Translations under genes and position numbers: made by a program
Notes under the pieces: model-generated
Databases searched by the model: none
What the model was told of the DNA's origin: nothing
Seen by the model: the letters and a program-made list of their open reading frames with translations, nothing else
Shown here: positions 9,828 through 19,571 of the stretch, piece by piece
How the letters are laid out: every line of letters starts with the position of its first letter
How positions within the stretch are numbered: position 1 is the first letter of the stretch
Source: Thermodesulfobacteriota bacterium
GTDB lineage: Bacteria; Desulfobacterota; RBG-13-43-22
NCBI GenBank assembly: GCA_040755035.1
Contig: JBFMBU010000082.1
Span: 25,464-89,463, forward strand
Length of the DNA: 64,000 bases
Reading direction: 5' to 3'

Positions 9828-11012
9828 TCAAATCGCCGGTCCTTTCCTTACCGTTTCCGCCACTTCATCCAGAATCTTGAGCACGGCCTGATGGTTCTGA
9901 TGAATGGTATAGCCACGGGCGGTTTCGGCAGCCGCCTGTCCCATGGATTCCCGCCGTGTCCGGTCCAGTAACAGGGCCATTTTATCCGCCAAATCTTCCA
10001 CCCCTGGCGGATGTTTGAGGATAAAACCATCGCCCCCTTCGCTGATAATTCCGGCCGCTCCGTTAAATTGGGTCGTTATGCAGGGAAGCCCGGAGGCCAT
10101 GGCCTCGAAAATCACCAGGCTGCAGGCATCATAATAAGTGGGGAGGACGAACACATCGCTGTCGGCGAAACATTCTTCCATGTTCCGAACCGGACCGAGG
10201 AAAAGGATCGTCCCTTCTAAACGCAGTTTGGCAATCCGCTTCGATTGTCGAGGGGACGGTCGACCGCCGGCAACGATTACCCGAAAGGTTTCTCCGACCC
10301 GGCTCTTGAGGAGGCCGGCCGCTTCGATGAGGGGGAGAATCCCTTTTTTCCGGAGTTCATAAGAGGCAAAGAGAAATACCACCGTTTCCGGATCGATTCC
10401 CAGGGTTTGACGAAAGGACCCGCGCCGGGATTGACGCAACCCCGGATGATAACGGTCCGTATCCACCCCGTTGTAAACCAGCGCTACCCGTCCGGCATCT
10501 ATTCCGAAGGTACGGATAAAGTCCTCCTTAATCATTGGGGAAATGGCGATGATTTTGGGAGGAGGGTACAATCGAAACGGTGCAGACTCAATCCAGTGGC
10601 GCACCCATTGCTTGGGAGAAATCCGATAGACCACCCGGTTAACCAAACGCAGTAAGGGGTTTGGTTCGGCAAATAGTTTCCGCTTCGTGGATTCCCAATG
10701 AACCCCCCCGTGACTCTGGTAGACGTTCATATGGATCGTGTTACCGAACCCCAGGATGACGTCGAACCCTCCGGAACGGATGGCCCGTCGGTGCTTCAGG
10801 GCGAATCCCATGAGTCTGGCCCATTCCGGCCACCAGCGAGGAACGGTCAAGCGATGAAAAACGGCCTCTTGCGGTTCTCCTTCCCATGACCTTCCGAAGA
10901 GATGAACCGCCCAACCGGAACGGACCAGGGTTTGGGCCAGGGAAACGGCATAAGACTCGGCCCCACCCGCATAACGGCTGAAATGATCAAGGGCGAGGGC
11001 TATGGTTTTCAT
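9828..11012 (-). CDS. GT4-family glycosyltransferase
   Basis: 394 aa with a GT-B fold. The C-terminal region carries the EX7E-like motif (FVLPTYYDACSLVIFEAMASGLP). Confidence 0.8.
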   Translation of the reverse strand: MKTIALALDHFSRYAGGAESYAVSLAQTLVRSGWAVHLFGRSWEGEPQEAVFHRLTVPRWWPEWARLMGFALKHRRAIRSGGFDVILGFGNTIHMNVYQSHGGVHWESTKRKLFAEPNPLLRLVNRVVYRISPKQWVRHWIESAPFRLYPPPKIIAISPMIKEDFIRTFGIDAGRVALVYNGVDTDRYHPGLRQSRRGSFRQTLGIDPETVVFLFASYELRKKGILPLIEAAGLLKSRVGETFRVIVAGGRPSPRQSKRIAKLRLEGTILFLGPVRNMEECFADSDVFVLPTYYDACSLVIFEAMASGLPCITTQFNGAAGIISEGGDGFILKHPPGVEDLADKMALLLDRTRRESMGQAAAETARGYTIHQNHQAVLKILDEVAETVRKGPAI

Positions 11013-11790
11013 TGAGGCCTAATTCCCAGGCCTTGGCATGTTTTAAAAACACATACCAGGCCGAGTTGGCGGCGATGATCAAGCCCGGCCAACCGTCGAG
11101 AAACCCGAACTTCCAGAAATAACATTCGGCGAACTTCCCCAAAGCGTGACCCAGACCGGTCAGCAGATAAGCGCCCGAAGCGGATTTCTTTTGTTCGGCG
11201 GCAATCCCGGAAAAGCGATCGATGGTTTGCAACTGGTCGGAGATATTCCGGTAAACATAATGTAAAAGCGGTTGGGAAAGTTCACGGATTTGACCGTCTA
11301 CCTGCAGACGCTCATGGAGGCCGTCCCCCACCCAATGCCCGCTCCCTTTCCGAACCAATCGGATTTTTCGGTCCGGGTACCAACCGCCGTGACGGATCCA
11401 CCGTCCGAGATAAAAGGAGAGGCGGGGCAGGGAGAAGCCAGCCACTTCCGATGGGGCTGACTCGACCGCCCTTCTGATCTCTTCGGCCAAGGCCGCTGGA
11501 ACCGTTTCATCGGCATCAAGGTTTAAGGCCCAATCCGATCGGACCTTTTCCAGGGCAGTCTGTTTCTGGGCGGCATAACCCATCCAGGGATGGTCAAGGA
11601 CGGTTGCGCCGAATTCGCGGCATAAGTCCTGGGTCCCGTCCGTGCTGCCGGAGTCTATCACCAGCACTTCATCGGCAAATCGAACGCTTTCCAGAAGTCC
11701 GCTGATCCGATCGGCTTCATTCATGGCGATCACCGCCACCCCCAGCGTTGGTCTTTGCCGATTCACGGCCATAGACAAATCTTCTTCCAT
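10987..11790 (-). CDS. GT2-family glycosyltransferase (LPS-core type)
   Basis: 267 aa. N-terminal GT-A signature (LGVAVIAMNEADRI...VLVIDSGSTDGT). Overlaps the downstream GT4 gene by 26 bp. Confidence 0.75.
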   Translation of the reverse strand: MEEDLSMAVNRQRPTLGVAVIAMNEADRISGLLESVRFADEVLVIDSGSTDGTQDLCREFGATVLDHPWMGYAAQKQTALEKVRSDWALNLDADETVPAALAEEIRRAVESAPSEVAGFSLPRLSFYLGRWIRHGGWYPDRKIRLVRKGSGHWVGDGLHERLQVDGQIRELSQPLLHYVYRNISDQLQTIDRFSGIAAEQKKSASGAYLLTGLGHALGKFAECYFWKFGFLDGWPGLIIAANSAWYVFLKHAKAWELGLNENHSPRP

Positions 11791-11866
11791 AGGATGTAAT
11801 AAAAACCAGTAATCCGGGCTTTCTATCAGCGGAGGCGTTTATAAATGTATTCTAAAACAGGAATTA

Positions 11867-11928
11867 AACCCGGACCGAATGAGGAATTTTCGGATATCCA
11901 ATTTGGGTTCCGGCTGGTCCGGGTTGGG
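11867..11928. repeat. REP-like repeat, copy 2 (opposite orientation)
   Basis: aacccggaccgaatgaggaattttcggatatccaatttgggttccggctggtccgggttggg. Confidence 0.8.
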
Positions 11929-11945
11929 TCCTCTATGGGTAGAAT

Positions 11946-12368
11946 TTAAGGATCAATGCGGGCCGTGGCCTTGCCGCTCAAGACTACCGCTCCGTTCTGA
12001 TTGGTCGTTTCCACTTTAAGATCTACAAAAAATTGACCGTTTTCTTCCCGAAGGGCTTCCACCGTGGCCTTGGCTTCCAGGTCATCTCCCGGCCAGACCT
12101 GGTTGGTGAAACGGACCCCATAGTTGGTGAGGCGGCCATCCCCGACATAATTGGTGAGCATCTTTCCCGTCATTCCCATGGTCAGCATACCATGGGCGAA
12201 AACCGAAGGATACCCGGCCACCTTGACCGTAAAGATTTCATCGGTATGAATGGGGTTATAGTCTCCGGAAGCCCCGGCATATTGGACGATCTGGGTCCGC
12301 TTCAGGTCTTCAACAACCTTTTCCACATGTGTATCTCCCACTTTGAGAGCGCTTGCTTTTAGTGCCAT
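11946..12368 (-). CDS. MaoC-like (R)-specific enoyl-CoA hydratase/dehydratase, hotdog fold
   Basis: MaoC dehydratase motif (YAGASGDYNPIHTDE...FAHGMLTMG). Start taken at MALKAS (12368), which is preceded by GTGAGGA. The upstream extension of the ORF is not credible. Confidence 0.75.
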   Translation of the reverse strand: MALKASALKVGDTHVEKVVEDLKRTQIVQYAGASGDYNPIHTDEIFTVKVAGYPSVFAHGMLTMGMTGKMLTNYVGDGRLTNYGVRFTNQVWPGDDLEAKATVEALREENGQFFVDLKVETTNQNGAVVLSGKATARIDP

Positions 12369-12379
12369 CTGTTCGGTCC

Positions 12380-12880
12380 TCACTTTCCTTGATCTACGGC
12401 CCGTTCGGTTTGAACGCCCACCCCGCGCGAAGTAATAACCAATTCGCCCTGTTGATCCCGGAATTCGATGATAGTTTCGGTAAAGATCAATTTGCCGGAG
12501 CGGCGTCCCTCTTTCTCCCATTTTTTCCCGGGTTTCACCATGGCCGTAAGTACCTCTCCCGGGCGGGGATGGCGGTGGTATTCATAATGTTGTTCGGCGT
12601 GAAGACCTCGGCCCCCGCCGCTCCTCTCTCCTCCCTCTCCGGGTTTTATCCCGGTTGGTTCTTTTCCGGAGCCGAACCAGGGCTGGCCGATTTTGGGACG
12701 CAGAAAATAATCCGGGTCAAACTGGGCGGCGGCCTGAATAAAGGTCGGGGGGGCGATAATACCCCCCGATTCGGTTTTTTTGGCATATTCCTCATCATAG
12801 TAGATCGGATTGGCATCTCCTACAGCCCGAGCGAACATCATGATGTGCCCGGCCTCGATTGGAAATTTTTCAATAGCCAT
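12380..12880 (-). CDS. MaoC N-terminal-like hotdog dehydratase subunit (HadA-like partner)
   Basis: About 166-aa hotdog-fold protein. The true start is MAIEKF at 12880. Paired with the MaoC gene 12 bp downstream, like HadAB/HadBC heterodimeric dehydratases. Confidence 0.6.
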   Translation of the reverse strand: MAIEKFPIEAGHIMMFARAVGDANPIYYDEEYAKKTESGGIIAPPTFIQAAAQFDPDYFLRPKIGQPWFGSGKEPTGIKPGEGGERSGGGRGLHAEQHYEYHRHPRPGEVLTAMVKPGKKWEKEGRRSGKLIFTETIIEFRDQQGELVITSRGVGVQTERAVDQGK

Positions 12881-12956
12881 GCGTATTCTCCTCTTTGTAA
12901 TTTGGTAAATTGGATTATACTTCAAAAAATAGGAATGACAATAGATTCTTAAGACA

Positions 12957-14261
12957 CTAATGTTTTTCCGGGATATAAGGTTTTGGTTTTCCCGCCATAA
13001 AAACAGTAAAAATGGCCAGCAAATAGATGCTTCCAAATAAAATCAGGGCATAATTATAATTGCCCATGTAATCGAAAATCAAGCCGGAAACAAAGGAACC
13101 GCTGGAAGAGCCGATGGCTTGAGTAAAGGCCACCGTGCCCATGATGGTCCCGAAGGCCGCTAAACCGAAATAATGACTGACCACGATGGGCAACAAGACA
13201 ACGATTCCTCCCATGCCGAAACCATAGAGAAGGACATAGATCCAGATCATGATGGTTGAATGAAAAGAAAGGAGAAGAAAGACCGCCAGGGCCTGGACCC
13301 CGAAGCAGGCCGTGGCCACATAATGAAAGGGCCAACTTTCCGAGAGCCTCCCAAAAATTAATTTCCCCAGGCCGCCAAAACCGGCCGTAAGACCCATAGC
13401 CATGGCGGCCGCGGTTGAGGCCAATCCGGCCTCGATCACCAAAGGGACCTGGTGCTGAAGGACCCCGCCCTGGGCCATGGGGGCCAAAAGGAAGGTCAAG
13501 GCCACCCAGAAAAAAGTCCTGCTCCTCAGAGCCGGTTTCAAAGGCCAGTCCGTATCTCCGGAGGAGCTCACTACCGGCAGGGGTGTGGTTTTCTTCAAAG
13601 GATTATCATTTTCCTCCGGGATGTCCCCATCGGGTAAAAGACCCATTTCTTCCGGGTTGGCCTTTAACACAAAGAGTGTCAAAGGAATGGCCAGTACCCA
13701 GACCAAGAGTCCCATAAAGATATAGGAGGCCCGCCAGGAGAATTGAGCGTTTAAAAATCCCACCAAAGGGGACATGACCAAACCCCCGACAGAGATACCG
13801 ACCATGGTGATCCCGATCGCCGTTCCCCGGCGGCGGACAAACCAGCGGGCCAGCAGGCTGCTGATGGGGATAAAGCCGATGCCGGTGGTGGTGACAGATA
13901 AGAGGGCATAAGCCAGATAAAAAAACCAGAGGGTCTGGGTAAAACTAACCATGATGAAGGCCGCTCCGGTCCCCAGAGCAAAGGCCGTCATGATCCGTTT
14001 CGGACCATATTTCCCGGCCAGATATCCTACCAGGGGTGCACAGGCGCCATGGATCATCTGATAAATGGACATGGCGAAAGACACGGCCGCCCGGCTCCAG
14101 CCGAAGGTTTCCTCAAAAGGTTTGATGAAAATACTGAAAGAATAAAATCCCGCCCCGGCGAAGAGGAAAAGCAAAACAAATCCGGCGGCTACGATCCAAA
14201 AACCGTAAAAGATCCTTCCTGTTTTTTCTTTACCTGTTTTATGTTCTATGGAATGGCTCAT
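12957..14261 (-). CDS. MFS transporter (OFA-like)
   Basis: 434 aa with 12 transmembrane helices and a central loop. MFS motifs are present. Confidence 0.8.
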   Translation of the reverse strand: MSHSIEHKTGKEKTGRIFYGFWIVAAGFVLLFLFAGAGFYSFSIFIKPFEETFGWSRAAVSFAMSIYQMIHGACAPLVGYLAGKYGPKRIMTAFALGTGAAFIMVSFTQTLWFFYLAYALLSVTTTGIGFIPISSLLARWFVRRRGTAIGITMVGISVGGLVMSPLVGFLNAQFSWRASYIFMGLLVWVLAIPLTLFVLKANPEEMGLLPDGDIPEENDNPLKKTTPLPVVSSSGDTDWPLKPALRSRTFFWVALTFLLAPMAQGGVLQHQVPLVIEAGLASTAAAMAMGLTAGFGGLGKLIFGRLSESWPFHYVATACFGVQALAVFLLLSFHSTIMIWIYVLLYGFGMGGIVVLLPIVVSHYFGLAAFGTIMGTVAFTQAIGSSSGSFVSGLIFDYMGNYNYALILFGSIYLLAIFTVFMAGKPKPYIPEKH

Positions 14262-14540
14262 TAATCTTTATTTCCTAATTTGTGTCCATCCGGAAATTCA
14301 AAAATTTCCGGGAAAAGCATACAGCAGTCAGCCATCAGAAATAAGCAGACCCGCTTGAATAAAGGGTTTTACTGAAGGCTAAGGGCTGGTCGCTATTCGC
14401 TCCATCGGGATAGAATTTTTCCCGGATGAAGCTATATTACATTAGTAGTAAAATTGATGGGGCTGGTCAATTCATTTCTTTCAACTCTACGAAAACATCG
14501 TTATTGAACGAAAGCAACGTGCTTTTCCCTTTCTAAAATT

Positions 14541-14601
14541 CCCAACCCGGACCAGCTGGAACAAAAATGGATATGCGAAAATTTCTCCTTCGGTCCGGGT
14601 T
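14541..14601. repeat. REP-like repeat, copy 3
   Basis: cccaacccggaccagctggaacaaaaatggatatgcgaaaatttctccttcggtccgggtt. Confidence 0.75.
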
Positions 14602-14655
14602 TATTAAAAGTTTCATAATAGTCTGGAAATGAAACTTGTGCTATGTGTTTGATAA

Positions 14656-14960
14656 AGGATCGGGGAGGTTTTCTTTTTGGGGTTGTCCACCCTGAACCTG
14701 GGAGCTTCTTTGCCGGGCAAATTATTTATCTAAACCGAGAGCAGGCCTTCACCGGAGATGGAAACGGGTCGGTCGGCTTTGCCGACCAAAGAGGAGGCTT
14801 CCAAAGGAAGCCGGGCTGTATGCCCTGCCTCGAACATAACTTAGCTGGACTGGCCGGGAGGTCGATAGACCGACCTCAAAGAAAACCCCCCTGCGGGGGC
14901 CGGGATAGGGCGACCAATTACCCTTTGGACAATCCCCAAAAAGAAAACCTCCCCGATCCT
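14656..14960. repeat. 305-bp element bounded by perfect 27-bp inverted repeats, rich in internal GC hairpins
   Basis: Arms aggatcggggaggttttctttttgggg (14656-14682) and ccccaaaaagaaaacctccccgatcct (14934-14960). Internal hairpins near 14771-14787, 14796-14812 and 14886-14899. Confidence 0.7.
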
Positions 14961-15149
14961 TTTTTGTCTATATTATTTTGAGACCCTTAATAATTCCTGT
15001 TCTAGAATAAATTCTATCCCCGTTGCCTAACCTTCAATTCTTAATTTACCAAACGATAACTGAAGTTTTTTTTAAGAATTATAGATTCTTATCGTTGCTG
15101 ATCGCTTAAGCGGTCAAAAAAGAAAATACACCATATATAGTATTTTTTC

Positions 15150-15177
15150 TTGACTTTTATACAATTAGTTGTATTAA
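15150..15177 (+). promoter_or_regulatory. Sigma-70-like promoter TTGACT-N16-TATTAA upstream of the polysaccharide deacetylase gene
   Basis: Followed in the 5' UTR by a 10-bp-stem hairpin, cacaccccgg...ccggggtgtg (15245-15273), ending 22 nt before the ATG. Confidence 0.4.
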
Positions 15178-15295
15178 TAGCGGACAATGGCATAGGCGGC
15201 CTGTCCGCTGGGCATGGCCAACCCTCCTTCCAAACCTTAAGGCCACACCCCGGGAAGGACCTCCGGGGTGTGCAAACACCGAATGAATCGAGGAG

Positions 15296-16066
15296 ATGAA
15301 CAGACGGGCTTTTCTATTCCAAAGCGGATCAATATTCCTTTCCGGATTCCTGGGTCCCGGCACCTGGTCAAGGGCCTTTGGTTTTTCTAATCCGGGAAAA
15401 ACATCCCTTCCCCGGATAGCCCTCATTATCGATGATTTTGGATATTCCCGTTCCCAGGCCAAATGGTTTTGGGATCTCGGGGTGCCTATCACCTTCGCCA
15501 TATTGCCCAAACTGGAAAAATCCCTTGATCTGGCCCATGAAATTCACGCCCGGGGCCATGAAATCATGCTCCATCAACCCATGGAACCCCAGGACAGTCA
15601 TCTGAATCCGGGACCGGGAGCCATTTTTGTCGGATATGGGGCGGAGCGGATAAAAAATGTGGTTCAGGAAAACATTGCCGCCATTCCCTATGCCTCGGGG
15701 GTCAACAACCACATGGGCTCCCGATTAACCGAATGTCAAAGAGAAATGCAGGCAGTGCTCCATGTCGTGGAACAACATGACCTTTTCTTTGTAGACAGCT
15801 TCACCTCGACTCAGTCCGTAGCTTACCGTGAGGCCAGTAAAAGGCAACTGCCCTCCGCCCGTCGTAATGTTTTCCTGGATCATTATCGCATTGAAGCGCA
15901 AATCCTTAATCAGCTACTGCAATTGGAATTCCATGCCCGAGCCCACGGCAGCGCCATCGGCATTGGTCACCCCTACCCGGAGACATCCAGGGCCATTGCC
16001 CGTTACCTCACCGCTCCTCATAACCCCGCTAAATATTTGGTGCACATGTCCATGGTTCTGGGTTGA
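15296..16066 (+). CDS. Divergent polysaccharide deacetylase (YibQ family)
   Basis: Tat-like signal (RRAFLF). YibQ-like core (IALIIDDFGYS...HMGSRLT...). Confidence 0.75.
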   Translation: MNRRAFLFQSGSIFLSGFLGPGTWSRAFGFSNPGKTSLPRIALIIDDFGYSRSQAKWFWDLGVPITFAILPKLEKSLDLAHEIHARGHEIMLHQPMEPQDSHLNPGPGAIFVGYGAERIKNVVQENIAAIPYASGVNNHMGSRLTECQREMQAVLHVVEQHDLFFVDSFTSTQSVAYREASKRQLPSARRNVFLDHYRIEAQILNQLLQLEFHARAHGSAIGIGHPYPETSRAIARYLTAPHNPAKYLVHMSMVLG

Positions 16067-16081
16067 TGAGAAAGGGACCCG

Positions 16082-16753
16082 TTAACGCTGTTCCCTGGTA
16101 GCGGCTAATTGGGCCCATTTTTCCTTGAAGACCGAAAAAATCCTTTCTTTCCTCCCCTCATCCCAGTTGGGGTCCCAGCCCAGTCCCAAATCCTCCTTGA
16201 CCAGGATAATGGAGATTTGGGTCATCCGCGGTTTGGCCTCGATAATGGTGGTTACTGTGCAGACCCTGAAGGGAGACTTGCAGTCCGTGCACTTCCCTTC
16301 CAGGGAACAGGGCGTTTTCAGACCCGCATTCCTGGCGATGGCAGGAGCAATGACGTTTTTAATACGGCACAGGGCCGAAGGAACATCGGCCACCACCTTA
16401 TTAATACCGGCCACCACGATCACCAGCTTGGGTCCGAAGATCATATTAGTCACCCGGTTGCCGGTCATGTCGGTGTTGACCAGCTTTCCATCCGCTGTTA
16501 TGGCATTGCTCCCGGTCAGATAGATATCAGGACGGGACCGGGTTAGCTGTCCCTTCTTTAAAAGGTCATCAAAGATCCCCAGTTGCATCAAGGTGGTGGA
16601 TCCTCCCATCCCGACCTTGGCCTCGGGAGGGATCATGCTTAAAACCAGAGCGCCGGCCTCTATTGCCGTTTCAACGATTTCTACCGGTTCAAAGCGGTTG
16701 GATTTGAGGGCCTTTATCGCGGTCTGGATCTCCTGCTCTCTATGGTCACCCAT
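16082..16753 (-). CDS. LUD-domain protein (LutC/YkgG-like)
   Basis: 223 aa with LUD-domain-like sequence. Its start abuts the activase stop codon. Confidence 0.6.
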   Translation of the reverse strand: MGDHREQEIQTAIKALKSNRFEPVEIVETAIEAGALVLSMIPPEAKVGMGGSTTLMQLGIFDDLLKKGQLTRSRPDIYLTGSNAITADGKLVNTDMTGNRVTNMIFGPKLVIVVAGINKVVADVPSALCRIKNVIAPAIARNAGLKTPCSLEGKCTDCKSPFRVCTVTTIIEAKPRMTQISIILVKEDLGLGWDPNWDEGRKERIFSVFKEKWAQLAATREQR

Positions 16754-17563
16754 TTAGTATTTCCTTTCTTCCTGAAGCCTTTCGGCCAGTTTATAGATGG
16801 CCTCCATTCCATAGCCCTCCAGGCAGCAGCCCAGAGCTCCGTTGAATTGCGGATCAACCGGGAGGGTAACCTCTTGGCCATAACGAAGGGAAAGCAGGGT
16901 CCTCACTCCTCGATTTAAGGCCACCCCGCCGGCCAACACTAAAGGTAAGGGGGGATAACGACGGATCATCTGCATAATCCGTCGGGCGACCGAGTCATTG
17001 ATTCCGGCGCAGATTCTTTTCAAGGGGATCTGTTCCATAAGCAGACTGATGATCTCGCTTTCTCCGAAAATGGCACAGGTATTATTGATCTGAACCGGAT
17101 TTTCCATTTCCAGGGAAAGTCTTTTTATGCTCAGGTTTAAAAGTCTGGCCATATTTTCCAGATAGCGGCCGGTCCCGGCGGCACACTTGTCGTTGGTCTG
17201 AAAATCCATGACTTTTTTCCCCTTAACTAAAAGGACCTTGCTGTCCTGCCCTCCCAATTCAACCATTATGAAATCCGAGAGGCCGGTTTGAAAACAGGTC
17301 CCGCGGAAATGGGCCCGGATCTCGGTGATAGCCCTTATTTTTTCCCCCAGAAGATGTTTGCCGTAGCCGGTTATCGTTAAGGTTTTTTCCGGGGGAAGGC
17401 CAAAATCCCTCAAGACCTGGGAATACCCCTGCTTTTTCCCCTGTTCGTCAAGCCGACGGGTTAAAAAGTCAACGGTATCGACCCGGATTTTTCTTAAGGA
17501 CTTGAAATCCATGGTCTGAACAATCTTGATAAATCGACTTCCCAGATCTATTCCTGTCGGCAT
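16754..17563 (-). CDS. BadF/BadG/BcrA/BcrD-type ATPase, (R)-2-hydroxyacyl-CoA dehydratase activator
   Basis: Actin-fold ATPase (GIDLGSRFIKIV...) with the CAAGTG motif and the Cys pair typical of HgdC-like activases. Confidence 0.8.
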   Translation of the reverse strand: MPTGIDLGSRFIKIVQTMDFKSLRKIRVDTVDFLTRRLDEQGKKQGYSQVLRDFGLPPEKTLTITGYGKHLLGEKIRAITEIRAHFRGTCFQTGLSDFIMVELGGQDSKVLLVKGKKVMDFQTNDKCAAGTGRYLENMARLLNLSIKRLSLEMENPVQINNTCAIFGESEIISLLMEQIPLKRICAGINDSVARRIMQMIRRYPPLPLVLAGGVALNRGVRTLLSLRYGQEVTLPVDPQFNGALGCCLEGYGMEAIYKLAERLQEERKY

Positions 17564-17680
17564 TCCTTTTCCTTTTTTATTACCGTGCCCAGGTAGGTAT
17601 TATTCATTCCTGGCAGGGGTTGGAATAAAACCCTGGTTCAATTATTCCGCGTTCCGAAATCCGGAATCGAAAATCGAGAT

Positions 17681-18715
17681 CTATTTTCTCAGCAAATCGA
17701 TGAAGGCCTCGATCCGAAAACGGGTCCGCCGGTCAATAGGGCCTGGTTTATCCCCTTCCAGGGTCAAAATCGGAAGGGAAAGATGCTTTCGGATCAAAAA
17801 GTCCTGCACCTGGCGGAAACAGAAGGTCTGAGTATAATGGATCAAGCCGTCCAGGTTTCTCTCCTGCACGGCTTGCCGGATATCATTTATCCGGCCAAAG
17901 ATATCATAGGGATAGGTATAAGCCAGATATTGACTAAGCAGGTCTTTGCTAAAATGAGGCATGCTGAATTGGCGCTGAATTTCATTAAAAACCACCCGGC
18001 CGCCAGTCTGTTCGATAAATTCGTACAAACCGGATTGAATGGGTGGAATGCCGACATATCCCAGCCTGACCGAGGTTCTGATAGGGGATCGACGGTAGAT
18101 TTCATTCAAAAAGGCTGCCAATTCCCTTTCAAAACGATCCAGGTCCCCGTTGAAATCGGAGCTATTAACCAGGAAAAGGTGATTTTCCCAACCGTGTATT
18201 CGGTTCCCTTGCCAGGTTTCGCGGTCCAAGTCCGCCAGTTGGATCCGAAGGGAATGTATCCTTTTTTTCATACGTCGGACCTGATTCCAGTTGGTCCCGA
18301 AATCATCCATAAGGGCTTCCAGGTTATTTTTGAGCAGATCGGGGTTCTTGTCAAAGGGATAATTGAAATGGATGACCCGGATCCCCTGATCTTCAAGAAT
18401 TTCGGTCAGGGCCTGGGTGTTGCTGCAATCCCCCTGGGTGACGGCGATAACGGTCCGGATCTCAGGCCTGGCCTGGAGAGCGGAATAAATACCCTTGATC
18501 CAACTGCACAAGGTTCGGGGAAAACCCTTTTCTTCAGCCTCCTCCACCCAGGTTGCCGCCTGAGGCGAGGAGATAAAGACATTATTCAGGTCCACCGGCT
18601 TGAGGCCGGCGGCATAAAGGATTTCCACCGGGACCGTGGAGGTGATGCCGATAAACCGATTTTCAATATCCATGGATTCCCGTTGAAGATTTTTAAGACC
18701 CTTAAAATTTCTCAT
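17681..18715 (-). CDS. 2-hydroxyacyl-CoA dehydratase family subunit (HgdB/D-component-like)
   Basis: 344 aa of the HgdB/BcrC family. The start may be M15 (18673). Only one dehydratase-type subunit is present. Confidence 0.7.
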   Translation of the reverse strand: MRNFKGLKNLQRESMDIENRFIGITSTVPVEILYAAGLKPVDLNNVFISSPQAATWVEEAEEKGFPRTLCSWIKGIYSALQARPEIRTVIAVTQGDCSNTQALTEILEDQGIRVIHFNYPFDKNPDLLKNNLEALMDDFGTNWNQVRRMKKRIHSLRIQLADLDRETWQGNRIHGWENHLFLVNSSDFNGDLDRFERELAAFLNEIYRRSPIRTSVRLGYVGIPPIQSGLYEFIEQTGGRVVFNEIQRQFSMPHFSKDLLSQYLAYTYPYDIFGRINDIRQAVQERNLDGLIHYTQTFCFRQVQDFLIRKHLSLPILTLEGDKPGPIDRRTRFRIEAFIDLLRK

Positions 18716-18850
18716 AAATATTCGGCTTCCCGGGCCTGCTACCTTTTAAACATAAGCGACTTAAAGAGTCAAACAAGAAAAGAGGGAAACCGGGGGGCAT
18801 TAGGCGCTTATGAATAGAATTCTACGCAAATTGGATAGGATTATTAACAG

Positions 18851-18997
18851 TCTCATAAGATGGTCTCGCAAAAAGTCGTCACAGCACGGTATTGTCATTT
18901 CGACCAAAGGGAGAAATCTTGAAATCATTAAAGATTTCTCGTCGCTCCACTCCTCGAAATGACAGAAATTGACTTTTTGCGAGACCGTCTTATGAGA
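18851..18997. repeat. 147-bp nested palindromic MITE-like element (ggtctcgcaaaaagt ... actttttgcgagacc)
   Basis: Outer 26-bp inverted repeats at 18852-18877 and 18971-18996. Inner inverted repeats gtcatttcga/tcgaaatgac and gagaaatctt/aagatttctc. Confidence 0.75.
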
Positions 18998-19025
18998 CCC
19001 TTAATAATTCTAAAAGAGGAATTTA

Positions 19026-19087
19026 ACCCGGACCAAATGAGGAATTTTGGGATTTCCAACTTTGGTTCCGGCTGGTCCGGGTTGGGA
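19026..19087. repeat. REP-like repeat, copy 4
   Basis: Near-identical to copies 2 and 6. Lies 29 bp after the 147-bp palindromic element. Confidence 0.8.
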
Positions 19088-19238
19088 GTCACTTCAAATT
19101 GTTAGGTTTTTACACTTTGCCTTGCCAATGTAAATCTCTTGATTCCTTTACCTTCTTAGTTTATATTCATATCTGTGTATTTTATCATGACCGGCGCAGG
19201 AAAGGAAGGAGTCCATTTTCTCAAGGGTCATCGTTCCC

Positions 19239-19547
19239 ATGCCATCCACAAAAAACAAGACAATAAAGACCGCCAAACCTCGAAATAGTAAAAAACAGCC
19301 CTCCCCTGCGGAAAAACAAGCCCCGGACAAGGTGGATGATCCCACCGAACGGGAGTTTCTGTTCCAATCCTTTCACGACATGCGCAATCCCCTGCATACT
19401 ATAATGGGTTATACCAATATGGTTTTAAAAAAAACCAGGGACCAAATTCCGGAAAAACAACAGGAGAACCTGGAGAAGGTCCTCCAAAGCGCCGAAAAAC
19501 TCAGAGAAATTGTGGACCGGATGGTAGCCCGTTACCGTATGGAATGA
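19239..19547 (+). CDS. Stand-alone HisKA (DHp) phospho-acceptor domain protein
   Basis: 102 aa. Has an H-box (FLFQSFHDMRNPLHTIMGYTNMV) but no HATPase_c domain. Lies 25 bp upstream of the NtrC-type regulator gene. Confidence 0.55.
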   Translation: MPSTKNKTIKTAKPRNSKKQPSPAEKQAPDKVDDPTEREFLFQSFHDMRNPLHTIMGYTNMVLKKTRDQIPEKQQENLEKVLQSAEKLREIVDRMVARYRME

Positions 19548-19571
19548 AGCTTCAATATCTGAAAAGAGAGG

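Noticed and set aside
14643-14981. 112-aa ORF on the + strand
   Set aside because: It coincides exactly with the 305-bp inverted-repeat element. The translation is low-complexity (Gly/Pro/Arg-rich) and there is no ribosome-binding site. Judged non-coding.
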